The notes under the pieces were generated by a model that was not told the origin of the DNA, made no database searches, and saw nothing but the letters and a program-made list of their open reading frames with translations. Of a DNA stretch of 40,180 bases, positions 1-12,839 are shown one piece after another. The first letter of the stretch is position 1. Each line of letters opens with the position of its first letter. Made by a program: the position numbers and the translations under genes. This DNA comes from Octopus bimaculoides. Lineage: Eukaryota. The DNA is taken from assembly GCF_001194135.2 (NCBI RefSeq), contig NC_068982.1, positions 38,445,330 through 38,485,509 on the forward strand, in the 5' to 3' direction.

Positions 1-208
1 CGTGGCCGTTTTCGTGCGGGTGACACGTAAAAGCACCCACTACACTCTCTGAGTGGTTGGCGTTAGGAAGGGCATCCAGCTGTAGAAACTCTGCCAAATC
101 AGACTGGAGCCTGGTGTTGCCATCCGGTTTCACCAGTCCTCAGTCAAATCGTCCAACCCATGCTAGCATGGAAAGCGGACGTTAAACGATGATGATGATG
201 ATGATGAT
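1..208 (+). mobile_element. 3' end of (GAT)n-tailed retroposon (RTE-LINE 3'UTR / SINE tail), young copy, cut by window start
   Basis: gagtggttggcgttaggaagggcatccagctgtagaaact...catgctagcatggaaagcggacgttaaac(gat)n; near-identical copy at 14468-14630. Confidence 0.9.
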
Positions 209-707
209 ATATATATGTATATATGTGTGTATCTTTCTCCAATGTATTTGGCAAAAACAATAACACTGGTAAGAAAAAGAAAAATTGTGCTCTTCAAATG
301 CAGTATTTTGTTGTATTTGTTCTATACCAAGTTTCAGATACTCCCTTGACACTCTTGCCATCAGTGCTATGAACCAATGCTGATCGCTACATTGGAAACT
401 TGTAAACTATGAAGGATATTATGGTTTATTAATTATGATGTAAAATAAGCAAATTGGTACAAGTATTGAAGTTCTTTTAATCAATTGTGCCTTCCCTTAG
501 AATTTATGATTTTGTTCCACTGTTAGAAATGATTATTCTTCAATTATTTGTAAGTCACATAATCAACCATTTTGTCCAACCATGCCAACATAATGTCGAT
601 GATGATGTTGGGATATCATTGAAGACTTTGTCTTCCTGTGCATACCTTGACTTGTCAGCCTGGCAGTGGCAATCTTTGTTCATGGGAATAATTGAATTCT
701 GGGCTAC

Positions 708-916
708 GGTGGCGAGCTGGCAGAAAAGTTAGCATGCCAGGCAAAATGTTTTGCTGCATTTCATCTGTCTATGTTCTTAGTTCAAATTCTGGCATGGTCG
801 ACTTTGCCTTTCATCCTTCAGGAGTCAATAAAATAAGTACCAGTTGAACACTGGGGTCGATGTAATTGACTTACCCCTCCCCTGGAATTGCTGGCCTTGT
901 GCCAAAATTTGAAACC
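708..916 (+). mobile_element. SINE, family 'A' (ggcgagctggcagaa... head)
   Basis: Shares gttcaaattc...gtcgactttgcctttcatcc...aagtaccagtt...ggggtcgatgtaat with more than 10 other copies in the window. Confidence 0.85.
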
Positions 917-1139
917 ACTAATTAAACTCTGGACTGTCTACTACTATTGAAACTTAATTATACAATATTCTTGCTGCTCAAAGCAGTCAGCTTGAGCCAA
1001 GAAAAGCTAAGTTTTGTGATTAAAAATACTTTATCAACTCAGATAGTTACAATGCTATTATTACTAGACATGGTTTCCAATATTGTGTTAGTGGGGCCTT
1101 TTTTGTGCTTTTTTCAAGAGATAAAAATTTATTTTTCAG

Positions 1140-1250
1140 CATAGATTTTGTGGAATATAATTTTCCTGAACTCCTAAAATTAAATTTTTTGGCTCAAGCA
1201 ACTGAATATGCTCGGCAGTGTGTACAGCCACCCCTCCGGAAGAAACCAAA
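1140..1250 (+). CDS. Internal exon of uncharacterised RING-H2 protein (IDFVEYNFPELLKLNFLAQATEYARQCVQPPLRKKP)
   Basis: tttttcAG at 1138-1139, GTaatt at 1251; 111 nt, open frame, phase 2/2 matches next exon. Confidence 0.75.
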
Positions 1251-1499
1251 GTAATTATTTTTGTTTTCTAGTTTATTTTAAAACTGGTTTTCGTTTTTGC
1301 TTCAGTCTGTACAACAAATTTAATTGCAAATAATGAGATTGTAGCCTAGATCAAAGCATTTTTTAAATCTTAGTTGTTAAACAACAACAACAACAAAAGG
1401 AAAATATAACAAAGTAAATTGCAATTCTTGAATTTCTATTGTTAAAGAGTGCTAAAGACTATGTTTCAGTATTTTTATATACACTTTTTTTTCTTTCAG

Positions 1500-1629
1500 T
1501 GATCCCCCTTTCCAAGCAAAACCGTCCTTATTACCTATATGTAAATTCCTTATTGTTGACTGTGTGAAAAACTATCCCTTACAAAAGTGTCCTATTTGCT
1601 GTGAACATGTTCTTCCAAAAGGTCCAGTT
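1500..1629 (+). CDS. Internal exon of RING-H2 protein (DPPFQAKPSLLPICKFLIVDCVKNYPLQKCPICCEHVLPKGPV)
   Basis: Poly-T tract + cAG at 1498-1499, GTaagt at 1630; carries the first CxxC of the RING. Confidence 0.9.
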
Positions 1630-2069
1630 GTAAGTTGTTGTTTTTTTTTTATTATTTATTTATTGAATTTGCTTACTGCTTTATAATTGCATTTTTATTC
1701 CTGGCATGTTAGGGTTTATCTTTCATTACGAACTAATTGATTTATTAGAAACAATATTTTTCATGACAATCTTTCTGCTAGTTATATCACACTTCAGTTA
1801 GCTTCTTCATAAGTTATTGATGTTACCTTACTGATATACATTCTATTCTTGATTCAACATATAATACTTTGATATAAGTACAAGTTAAATAGGTCCAAGT
1901 AGCCAATCTTCACATACCCTCTCCTTTATTTTGACCAAACATTTTATTCTTGACCCATTATTTAAGAGTACTTGTTGAATATAGAACCCAACTGGTTGAA
2001 CTTTTGTGTTTGATGATTTTTCTTTTTTTTCTTTTTTCTTTCAATTATATCATCATTTATTTTTAACAG

Positions 2070-2169
2070 AAAGAATGTTCAAGAGATAAACAAGTTGAGC
2101 GTGTTTATTGTGGCCATTTATATCATCATTCTTGTTTGGCAACTTATATGAAAACACCTCCATTTATAG
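2070..2169 (+). CDS. Internal exon of RING-H2 protein (KECSRDKQVERVYCGHLYHHSCLATYMKTPPFI)
   Basis: cAG at 2068-2069, GTaagt at 2170; C-G-H-x2-H-x2-C core; phase 0/1 consistent with neighbours. Confidence 0.92.
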
Positions 2170-3186
2170 GTAAGTAAAGATTTCATTATCTTATGACTGG
2201 TTCATATCCAATATTTCTGGACTGTATGTTAATTAAGGAGATAGAGAAGATACCAGTTGAAACAGATTTGTCTTGATAGCATATAAGATTTAGTTTAATT
2301 ATTTTTGTTTTCAGCCGATAATAATAATATATAACATTCATTGCAAGCATCTTTATACAGATGAATATGATTTTCTCTACCTCCTTACCATTGAAATTCT
2401 CAATAACTCACTCTCTCTCTCTCTATTTCAATCCGTGTTACCTGTTTTGTTTTAGTTTCTGCCTTCTTTGCAGAATATGAAATTATCATAGTTCATAATA
2501 TAAAATTATAAGATTTTATTCTCTTCATTGTTTAATAACTAAACAAGTTTAAGAAAATTATTGAATGTGTCTCTTCCAAAAATGGACTTGTCTTTCTGAT
2601 TTTTACATACAAAACTTTGAAATTTCACAAAAACTTAAATTATCAAGCCGATTTCATTTCACAGTACTAATAGATCATAACTACTTTATTGAAATTGTTA
2701 ATTAAAATTCATATAAACTTCTCTATTTGCCAATGCATGCCACAACCAGTTTCCTTGGATTTTGTTTAACCCTAAATTTACTTGGAAAGTGTAACAACTA
2801 GTAATTAATTAATATCTTTCTGCTTACCTCATACTTTCCTTTATATCTTTCAGCTCCTATTTTTTGTAGTTTTCTTATTGTCATCTTGCTCAGTTTATTC
2901 TGATTTATCTTTGATATGATCTCAAATATAACCAATAGTTTTTGAAAGTTCACTTGTTTTGCAGTTCTTTCAAATTTATAACTACTTAAATGCTTATGCC
3001 TTTTATTACAGTATTGCTATTGGTCTTAATAGAATCTTTTTCTTTTTCTTTTTTTAACTTCCTTGTTTCTTCTTTATTTGATCTAAACTTGCCACAAGTT
3101 TTATGAATAAAGTATCTGTTAAAACCTGATTGTATTTTACAGTATGTTTGAGTTCAATATTCCATTTTTTTTTTTTTTTTTGTTAG

Positions 3187-3326
3187 GTGGGAAAAAATGC
3201 CCCACATGCAAGCAAAGAATTTTTCATGAAAAGTGGAAAATCACTCCAGAGTTGGCTGAAGCTCGTTGGGCTCATAAACAAGCTAGAGAACGTGAACTCG
3301 ATGAAGTAAAAGATTTCATGGCTTGA
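3187..3326 (+). CDS. Terminal coding exon of RING-H2 protein (GKKCPTCKQRIFHEKWKITPELAEARWAHKQARERELDEVKDFMA*)
   Basis: Long poly-T + tAG at 3185-3186; last CxxC; TGA at 3324-3326; matches ORF 3144..3326. Confidence 0.92.
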
Positions 3327-6300
3327 CTGGTTGCTGTTGTTCATTTTCGAGAAAGATCTCATATTTTAATACAAAATCTTGTCTGTATGCCTGTGGGAGT
3401 GTATGTTTGTGTGTCTGTGTGCATGCACATATCCATTCCATTCAGCTCACATCGGTCAAAAGCTTTATTTAATTCACTACCAGCCTTCTATATAAAAAAA
3501 AAAAAGAAACTTTCCCTTCTCAAACTTGTTTTTTCATCCTATAGAATTTATAATCAAACGGAATTTTCAATTAAATATTTGTTGAACACTGTTACATATT
3601 CTTAAATAATGTTTTCTCTCATTTATTTGAACCTGTTTTAAATTACCTGAAATTTTATCCCAAGGGAAAAAATATTACTGTAAGCTTTTGATAAGCTGAA
3701 TGTTTTGAAAGATTGGTTTAGAAGAGGATTTCCTTTTTTTTGAATGTTATAAAGAACTTTAGCATTGAATAATGAAATAGCAATCATGCTACCTCATTTA
3801 AGTAAAAATAAAAGAAAAAATCACCATGTTTGTTTCTATGAGGTAGTGATTAGTTGTTATCCTGATATAAATTTGAAATCTGGTTGAAATATATAAAGTT
3901 TTCTTTGTACATTTATGAGGCAAATTTTAATTGATGCAATATTTTTGCCTTGGAAGTATATTCTTATAAAAAGTCATAATTAAATATAGGAAATGAGATG
4001 GAATACAAAGAATTTTTAGCAAAAAGTGGACAAGATAAAATCGCAGATATTAAAGAGTAATGACTAAGAAAGCTTCAATACTGTAGCTTCATCCAGCTCA
4101 TGCTAGCATGGGGTGTTAGATGAACGACTATACTGAAATTCTTTTCAGTATAGTTGTAAATTAGAGGAAATCCCAACAATTACGTTATAATTATTTTATA
4201 GAAGTGGTTATTTCATTTCTTCCAATGTTTGGCAATTCCATTATAATAATGTACAATATTGTTATTATTAAGCCTTAAACAATTTTCTTTTTAATTTACT
4301 TAAAAATGCAAGTGTTCAGATTTGCGAAATTTATCACAGCATAGAAACATGAATTCAGAATAAAATTGCTACAACATTATACTTATTGGCATACTTCAAA
4401 GTAATTTAACAAAGTGGTTAGAACATGATATAACTTACAGAACTTTGGGTGGATGAAAGATGGCAAAAATGGAATAAATAAATAAATAAGGGGATAAAAA
4501 AAGAAGCAAAATGTTATATTTGATGTTACTCATCAAATATACAATTCTTATGAAATGTTTAGAAAGAAATTAGTCTAAAAGCAAAGTAAGTCTTGAAACT
4601 TCAATAATTTCCATTCCACTCATGTTTTTATATAATTTTCTCTACAGTTAGTGAATTGACACAGATCATCGTGTTTCATCTGTGTATTTCAATTAAAATC
4701 ATGCATTACTTAAAAAAAAACAATGCCTTATTTCTTAGCTTTTTAGTATTTATAAATTGATACTGTGCCTTTTGCAATATATTCATAGAGTTAATATAAA
4801 AATTTTATATAAACTGGTACTTTTCTGGAAATCAAATTCACTGCCAAATGTTTAGTAAAAGTGTTGGTTAATCAATTCTTAAAATATAAATTTATCTGGA
4901 GCTGGTTTTCTTCTCATTTTCTCAGTTGATCTGTAAGTACACTAGTTCAGATTGGTTCTGTTTTTAATATAGTCAATAAGTTATCGTTTTTTTAATTGAA
5001 ACTTTTGAAATGTTAGCTGGATGGAATCTTTTTGTCTAATCCTAAACTGTGGGGGATAAGGGATGCAAGCGCTGTAAAATAGACTGCTTTATGCTTAAAC
5101 AAAGTTTTGTCTAAAAACAAAAATATGGTTATAAAGGTATTTTCGTTCATTATCCCAAAATAAAAATGTTATATTTTTAAATACTCATTTTATTTATTAA
5201 AATTTCAAATATTTTGATAGATAATTTGTCTTGCTCTTTTTTCACTTCATATCACATTCCGTAAATTCCCTTGTTGACTATATCATGTGTGTGTATTTGT
5301 ATATAGACTACCTCCCTTTATTAATTCATTCAGTGTTAAGTCTTACTGATAGATATTTGTTTTACTCCACTCAGATTGTGATTTTGTTGTTCTTGTTCAT
5401 TACAATTTTAATTTTGATCTTGTTATTAAAAAATACAACGTTCACTGTTTATGTAGTCTTTCAAAGTGATATGTAATTTTTCGTCGTATTTATTGTTCAG
5501 CTTACTTAAAAAAAATTTTTTTAATTACCAGTTACCTTATGAATTAATCTAATTATTAGTCCTCCATTGTAGAGAAGAGATATAGTGTTTGGTCTTTTAT
5601 GGCAAATATATTTTGATCATTAAGCATTCTAGATAAAGCTCCTTATTGTGTGCTTGCCTATCTGCCTATATTGGTGACTAGTATCTAATTTAATGAGGAT
5701 TGTATTGTACATTATCTGTATCTTGGAAAGATATGACATTCAATGTATAAGAGATTTTCTTTTATTGTTCTTATCCTATCCTCTAAGTTTCTATCCTTTT
5801 TCTGTGGTTAAAATCTCGAGATATCTACTAACATAACTAGGAGCTGTATATTAAAATCATGTTGAAAATTTGCATTATGATTATTGAATAATCGTTTTGA
5901 TAAGAATCTTGGTTTGTAAATTGGAATAATTTTATTTCTATTATTAGTCAGCAAGCAGTGAGATAGCATTTATAATGAATTTGATTGAGCAAACTTTTTT
6001 ACATTAGTTTTTCCTGTTACTATATTTATCATGCGGTTAAGAAATTAAGGTTTTAAGAATTGATGATTTATAAAATGCATGTGTATTTGGTCTACTGAAG
6101 ATGTTTAGTAACTTGATATTATATCTAGGTATTTGTGTTAACTTTTAATCATGCTCTGCCAATCAAATTTCAATAAGTAAATTCATATCAATAAAACATT
6201 ATTGTGACAATTGTTATTAGTTAAGTTTCTGGAATTTTGTTTTATATCCATTTTTATGGATAAATAAAAATTATTTGCATGTTAAGGAAGAGAGGATTAG

Positions 6301-7334
6301 TACTTCTTTTTTTTGTTGCTGGTATTAAATATTTTCACAAATTTTCTGTTGTTGATGGATTTATTCTTCTAAATTATCTGAACTAAAACCTCTAATTTTG
6401 TCCTTTGGAAGGGTCAGAATTGCAGACTTGTTTTAGTTCTCTTCATTTAAGAGAACACTAATAAAATTTAGAGTATGCTGAGGGAGAAACAATCATTCAT
6501 TAATGTAAAATGAAATCAATGTTCTTTTAAAAGTGTACTGATAAAATCAGACAATGATTAAAGTTGATTAAAATGAGTTCAGTATAACTATTGAATGTCT
6601 ATTCAAACATTTCTTTAGATTGATTGGCAATGAGGACAAAAATCTTGTCATCGAGTCCTTAATCAGTTCTGTAAAGTTGAATTCCTGTGTGCAATGTAGG
6701 GATGAGAGATTTTCCAATTAATTTCTCGCAGTATAATTGTTATACATGTGGGGAAAAAATATTCAACATTTTTAACCAAAGAAATTATCATTTCATCCTA
6801 AAGTATACATGATTTTTCTGTTGGAATTTTATTTTCAATGTCATTAAACAGACAAGTCTATTACTTGTAATTCTTTAAAACCTAAAACAACTGAACAAAA
6901 TTTTTGAATCAAGTTTTTGTTAGACTATAGACTCACAAAGAGATAGAAATATTTTATGTATTTAATTTTTCTTTTCATCTCTGACCACTAAATATATGAA
7001 ATATTTTACAAATTTATATAAAATGGCCAAACGTAATTTTTTTAATGAGATTATCTCAATCATTGTTTATTTTTAAGTTAATGCCTCTAGTTATTTATAA
7101 GTTATACATTTTGATCAACACTTAAATGTTGTTGAAAGAAAAAATATCTTCACCAAACTTTAGTAAATTTTAACTAACGATTAATTAGTTTAATTTTTTT
7201 CTTGAAATTTATTACTTTAATGTAATATTGGAATCATACATTTAAATTATGCATTTTGTCAGTTATCAAAATACTGCTAATACTAATAATTCATTGGAAT
7301 AGAACTCTTTAATAAATAGTTATCAATCATTTGA

Positions 7335-9403
7335 CACTAAACGTGTAGATAACGAGGAATTGTAAGTTGATTATTCCTTTCAAAATATTCCCCCCTGAGT
7401 CCTCTAGATGTATATCTGTCAGTGCTTAGAGACATCTGTGGATTAAAAGCTGAAACAAACAAATAACTATAATTTTTTCTTTGTTATGTGTTTTAGGTAA
7501 TTTTCATCATTAAATATTTTAAGTGTAAAAATGAAAAAAAAATATTTTTAATTGAATGGTTAAATTTATTTTTAGAGTGTCTTAATATATTTCAAACATT
7601 TGTGCTCTGCATGCCTCTTGACTTTTTATTTATTGTTGTGGTGCCTGCAGTGAAGTGACTGTGAAGGCATATATGATCTGTTTCTACCTAATTTTGTTTC
7701 AAATGGTGTGATTCAAGCATAAATTTTTAAAATTATAACATCTCCTGCCTATTCCTTGTCAGTTTGAATCTCTTATTGAATTGGTCATCCTTTAGTGTAT
7801 AAACTGCCCCTAGGTATATTGAAGTAATCTTTAGAGTTCACTGCTTTATCATAGATGCAGTGTAGTGGCTGAATAGTAACTCCTGTTGAAAGCTGAAAGT
7901 TTTATTTACTCAATTATGATTATGACAGCATTGAAATTCTGTGAATAATTTTATGCACATTGATTGTTTCAACAATTTATATTTAACTATTCAGTTTAAC
8001 ATTATATTTAGATGTAATTTTGAAGTATCCAAGTTGTTAAAGCTGTTACCAAATTAAATGAAAGAAATTTTGTTTTCATCATTAACTCTGGTTTTGTTCT
8101 ATAATATCTGAGTGCAACTTTAGTTACTGTTGAACTTAAACTAATATTAAAGTAAGTTGTCCCCTTTGAAATTGAATTGGTGGGAAAAGACCATTCATAT
8201 TACCATAAATTATTAATAGTTAATTGTCTGTGTACATGTTTTTATAATCTTAATCACTGTAAATATTAATTGTAAATAAAAATAATCTAAAGAAACATTT
8301 ATGAACTAGATATATGTTCCTTATATTGTTATAAATATACCAGCCAGTAAAAATCAATAAATCTTTCATTCTGAAGTCTTTCCATTTTTGTTTAAGGCTT
8401 TTTGATTTTTCCATTGTTTTCTTGTAAGACACATTGAGCATAACTATAGTATGACTAGGACTGGTCCTTGAAGTGTGATTTTCTAATTTTAATTAGAAAA
8501 TTTTGTAATGCTGACATCTTGAGTTACCAAGTTTCTTTCCTTTAGCCTAGAAACAAGTAACTCGCTCTGCATTTTCATTAATCCTAAATCTTGAACAAGA
8601 TCATTTAACTTGTCCTATGCTAGGGGTTTCAGTCCTATGCTAGGGGTTGCAGGCAAATACAACTCATCTTGTTCACAGTTCTCTTCTGATTCACTAGTAT
8701 TGGATAAAACTATTTTTGCAAGTACCGCAACTATTGGAATTCTGGCCGAATGGCGGATTTCAGATTCAGATACATCACCAATGACGCACTCTTCATTGTT
8801 ATGCTTGTTAAGAAAATAAACTATATAGTGGCATTTCCTATATTTATTGTATTGAATAAGAATAAATATATTTAGATAAATATATTCTAAATTTAATGCA
8901 AATAAAAACACTTTTAACATCTACAAGACAGAAATAGCAGTCAGAATGGTGGTCTTGTGGTTCACGTCAAATCATTGGAATGCCAAACTGCATACTTCTT
9001 GACTTTCCCAAAGACCATTGGTACATGTTTGTACAACAGATGTGTGTGGTGCCCAACTTTTATTTTGGTTTCTTATCTTGACTCCAAAATAGAAGTAATA
9101 CTGTCTTTTTACCAATGGTGCAATGTTTCTTGCATTCTTCTGGAATGCTACAGCACCACAGATATAACAAAATTTGTCTGGGTGATTCTACACTGCCCTC
9201 TTGGCATTTTAATACAATGTTTATTCTAATTAAAAATTTAAATATTTGCAAGTAGTTTATAGTTTTTTTCTCTGAAAATCTGAAAAATAAAAAAAAAATT
9301 GAAGTTGTAAAAATACCCTAATATTAAAAAGCTGAATTACCATAAACGGTTGCCATTTTCGTGATCTACACATAAAACTATGTTTATTTTTGTTGTACAG
9401 TTT
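7335..9403 (-). mobile_element. Decayed, internally deleted Chapaev-type (CMC group) DNA transposon
   Basis: Minus-strand translation across frameshifts: HPDKFCYICG...YFGVKIRNQNKSWAPHICC...GIPMI*REPQDHHSDCYFC, then KLNDLVQDLGLMKMQSELLVSRLKERNL, KALNKNGK, AGIF, DYF..LGAV; family assignment from memory; ends tentative. Confidence 0.75.
7745..9207 (-). pseudogene. Transposase pseudogene of the Chapaev-type element, with a probable 91-nt intron (8911-8821)
   Basis: ATG at 9207-9205; several stops and frameshifts; GT..AG AT-rich gap whose removal keeps the CYFC frame in register with the downstream LNKH...SEIRHSARIP frame. Confidence 0.75.
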
Positions 9404-9704
9404 TATTAATAAGCTATGGTCTTTATTTCCTTAACTACAATAGCAGTGTGTTTGAGGCACCCTTAAGTTTTCATCAATGATCACCTAGAAATGTCTCCCT
9501 TGATTAATTCTCAGTCATTTATAGTGTGCTTATATGTGTCAGTAAACAGGACTGGTTAGACTGAAAGGGCTCAAAGTTATCAGTAAAACTTCCAATATAA
9601 AAGATGTTTATATTTCTTAGAATGGTAGATTAGCAAGAAATCTGAAAAGAAGGGTCATTCAATTAATAGACCCCTGTACTTGACTGATACTTTATTTTAT
9701 AAAT

Positions 9705-10005
9705 ACAAACTTGTTACCAGTTCAAATATGTTTGAGAGGCTTGTTCAAACTTATAAGAAAGCCATTCACTGTATTTTGTCATGGAGAAATTTTCTCACTG
9801 TAAACAAATAGGTGTAAAAGCAGGAGATAACCACTCTGAAATGTATGCATCCAACAGTCTGGTTAGAGAGCATTGTGAACTAACTTGGTGTATTTACACC
9901 TACTTGTCTTCAGCAAGAAATTTTCTCTGTCAAAAAAATACAGTGAATGGCTTTCTTATGGAATCAAATATGCCTCAAGCAAATTTGAACTGGTAACAAG
10001 TTTGT
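9705..10005. mobile_element. 301-bp fold-back MITE-like element
   Basis: Outer acaaacttgttaccagttcaaat and inner ataagaaagccattcactgtattt are perfectly inverted; imperfect pairing over ~120 bp per arm. Confidence 0.8.
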
Positions 10006-10195
10006 CCATACATATCACTGCTTAGTGCTGTTACCCATATTTTATTTACAGCAAACCACTAAATAGCACAACTAGTCATTGAACAATGATGGGAATATCT
10101 TAAGAGGGACCTGTCTCTGGTGTTAGTTTGCAGCATCTGCTTTCTAGTCTCTTTTCAGTCTCTGTTTAGTGCTGTTACCCCATATTTTATTTTAT

Positions 10196-11340
10196 CAATC
10201 GCCTGAAGGATGAAAAAGTGAATTTTGGTGGGATTTGGATCCAGAATGTAAAGAGCTGGAACAAATACTGCAAGGAATTTTTTCAAACCCTTTAACAATT
10301 CTGCTAATATACCATCCTTCAACAATAATAGGTTTCTCAGATTGACACAAGACAAGGACAATTCAGTTGATCCCATCATGACTGGTAAGTATTCCATCAA
10401 TGCCAGAAGCACAGGATGAAGTTAATTTCTGCATTATTTGCATTCAGAATGGAGATAAACATAAATACCCCAACACATTTTGTATGGTACCCTATGGTTA
10501 CAAATTTTAGATAAGTAGTTGATTCAATCAACCCCAAGACTTGATTGTTACATAGTTTTATCAATACCAGAAGGATAAAGAGTAAACTTGAATTCAGAAG
10601 GTAAAAAGATGTAAATAAATTTTGGTTTCAGATTTTGGCAGTTTAGGGAAAGGGGACTCCAGTGCTCAACTGGTACTTATTTTATCGACCCCAAAAGGAT
10701 GAAGTTGACTGCAGCCGAATTTGAATTCAGAGCGTAAGGATTGATGAAATGCTGCAAAGCATTTTACCTGGTGTGCTAATGATTCTGCCAGCATGCCACC
10801 TTAACCAAATATTGCAAAGCAGAATTTCTTACATAAGGTGAAGGCCGGAAATTTGAGGAGAGAGACCCACCAATTATATCAATCTCAATATGTTACTGAT
10901 ATTTATTTTATTGACCTCAGAAGATGGAATGACAAAAGTCACCTGTAGCAGAATTTGATGTCAGAACATGAAGTGGCAACTAAATACAACATAGTATTTT
11001 GTTCAACAGTCTAGTGATTCTGCCATTGAATGCCTTTCATAAAATAACAGGGATGCTAGTTATGATGACAATGATAGTATTTAGCAATTCATTTAATAAG
11101 AAGTGAAATAATTAGCAATAACTCTTTCAAATTTTGGCACAAAGTTAGCATTTTTAGGGAAGGGGAAAGTTGATTACATCAACTGGTACTTATTTTATTA
11201 ACCCCAAAAAGGTGAAAGGAAAATGTCCACCTCAACTGAATTTGACCTCTGAATGTAATGAGTCAGGAGAAATACTGCGAAGCATATTTTTTTCTGAAAC
11301 TAACAATTCAGCTTGCTCATTGCCTAAGCTCAAATTAGTA
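10196..11340 (-). mobile_element. Cluster of ~5 degenerate family-A SINE copies, all on minus
   Basis: Repeated aactggtactta..ttatcgacccc..aaggatgaa..gaatttgaa.tcaga..gtaa..attctgcca at ~10200, 10510, 10630, 10850, 11130. Confidence 0.8.
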
Positions 11341-12499
11341 ATAACAAAATGAGAAATCAATAATTCAAAACACCTCTAGCATTGCATAAACATTGAAATC
11401 CAAAGTGATAGATCAAGATATTGATTAATGTGAGCCATCTGTTGTTCTTGCAATATAAGCATTTACTAATAAAATAAACCGTCACCGCAAACTTGGAAGT
11501 CTAAAATGGATATCACAAAATGACTCCACAAGTTGACAGAGGTAGCGTGGAACCCCGTTCAATTGACTCAACCTACTTTCAAATGGTAGACGTAATCTAT
11601 CATCCAGTTAAACACCACCACCTGGCTCGTGGCTGCCTTTAACTGAATTCACTGATATAGCTGTGCAGGGCAACATTTAAGTTTGTTGCTTTCGCCTCTG
11701 TCCCCATACAGGCTGATACAGCAGTCTCAAAAGTGCTGCTCCCATAAAAACGTCACTTGGGACGGACCACCTCCTCGCCCTTTCCCTTGCTACGTTACAA
11801 GTTGAGTCAACTCTGTTACAATCATTTGGGACTGGTTTCTGTTTTGAATGTAACTCAATAGATTGTTGTGCTACTTTCTACTGCAACAACTCATAAAACA
11901 ATTTTTCTGAAACTCCTTTCCACCAATATCAGAGACTTTACTTTAAAAAAAGGGGAGTCATGACTGCTGTCCATTCTTTGGCTAAGCCAGAGTCTAACAT
12001 TATTTTAATTAAACTTATTGCAACAACATTAACTATTTGAAAAATCAGAAAAAGTTTTGGTAATATTGTAGTAACTACGGAATAATTTGAAAGAGTTGAA
12101 GGAGAATATGGAAATCAACCACCCGAAACTGCCTTTGGTTCTATGAAACAAGTTTGCTTTTAAAGCCTTCCATCAAAATTTCATATTAGTTTTCTGTTTA
12201 ATTTGGTAAGAAATTGATATTTGACAGAAAATAATACTAATAAAAATATCACCGCATCTTATAACTGAACTTCATAGAAAGGTTACAACATGGTTGCTTG
12301 AACTGCTAGATCTCATCCACAGCACATCCTTATAGTCTTAAAGGAAGGATACGGTGGATAATGTAGCCCTAGATATACTTGGTTTGGGAAAAAGTATGAT
12401 AATCGAGTGTTCGATCACGATTGATATTGGACTAAACAATAATAATAAATGAAAGAGTCTCGGTAAATATTGTAGAGATCAGAATTACATTCTTTTATA

Positions 12500-12780
12500 C
12501 TGCATGGGTAGTCTCTCGACTCCGAGAATGACGATTCCTCAATTTATTGCTGATCAACCAACACATGATTTGTTTATAGTAATCAAATGCCTGTGTGTAC
12601 ACGAACTCACTCCCCTTCCTCTATTCGACACTGAATGTACAAATGTACGGTGTACCACTGTTAGATTTAGTGATCGCAGAGCAACATGAAGTGAAGTGGT
12701 TTGCTCGAGAACACAAAGTACCATCCAGTCAGGGAATCGAAACCACGATCTTGCGATCATGAGAGCAATACTCTCACTCT
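12500..12780 (-). mobile_element. tRNA-derived SINE, family 'C'
   Basis: Reverse complement begins with a tRNA-like head (..gatcgtggtttcgattccctg..) followed by gagcaaaccacttcacttcatgttgctc, shared with 31944 and 37125 copies. Confidence 0.75.
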
Positions 12781-12839
12781 TTAATATTAATAAGTGAAAA
12801 AAAAAGAGGAAAAAATTTTATGTGTGTTTATTAAACACA

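Noticed and set aside
300-732. ORF 487..732 and AG/GT-bounded segments (338-400, 501-549) as upstream exons of the RING gene
   Set aside because: They carry stops in the frame needed to join the phase-2 exon at 1140; the ORF ends inside a SINE.
6618-6720. Exon-like open stretch after ttctttAG (LIGNEDKNLVIESL..)
   Set aside because: No recognisable homology and no partner exons; lies beyond the RING stop codon.
10155-10412. 85-aa minus ORF that looks protein-like
   Set aside because: It overlaps a decayed family-A SINE.
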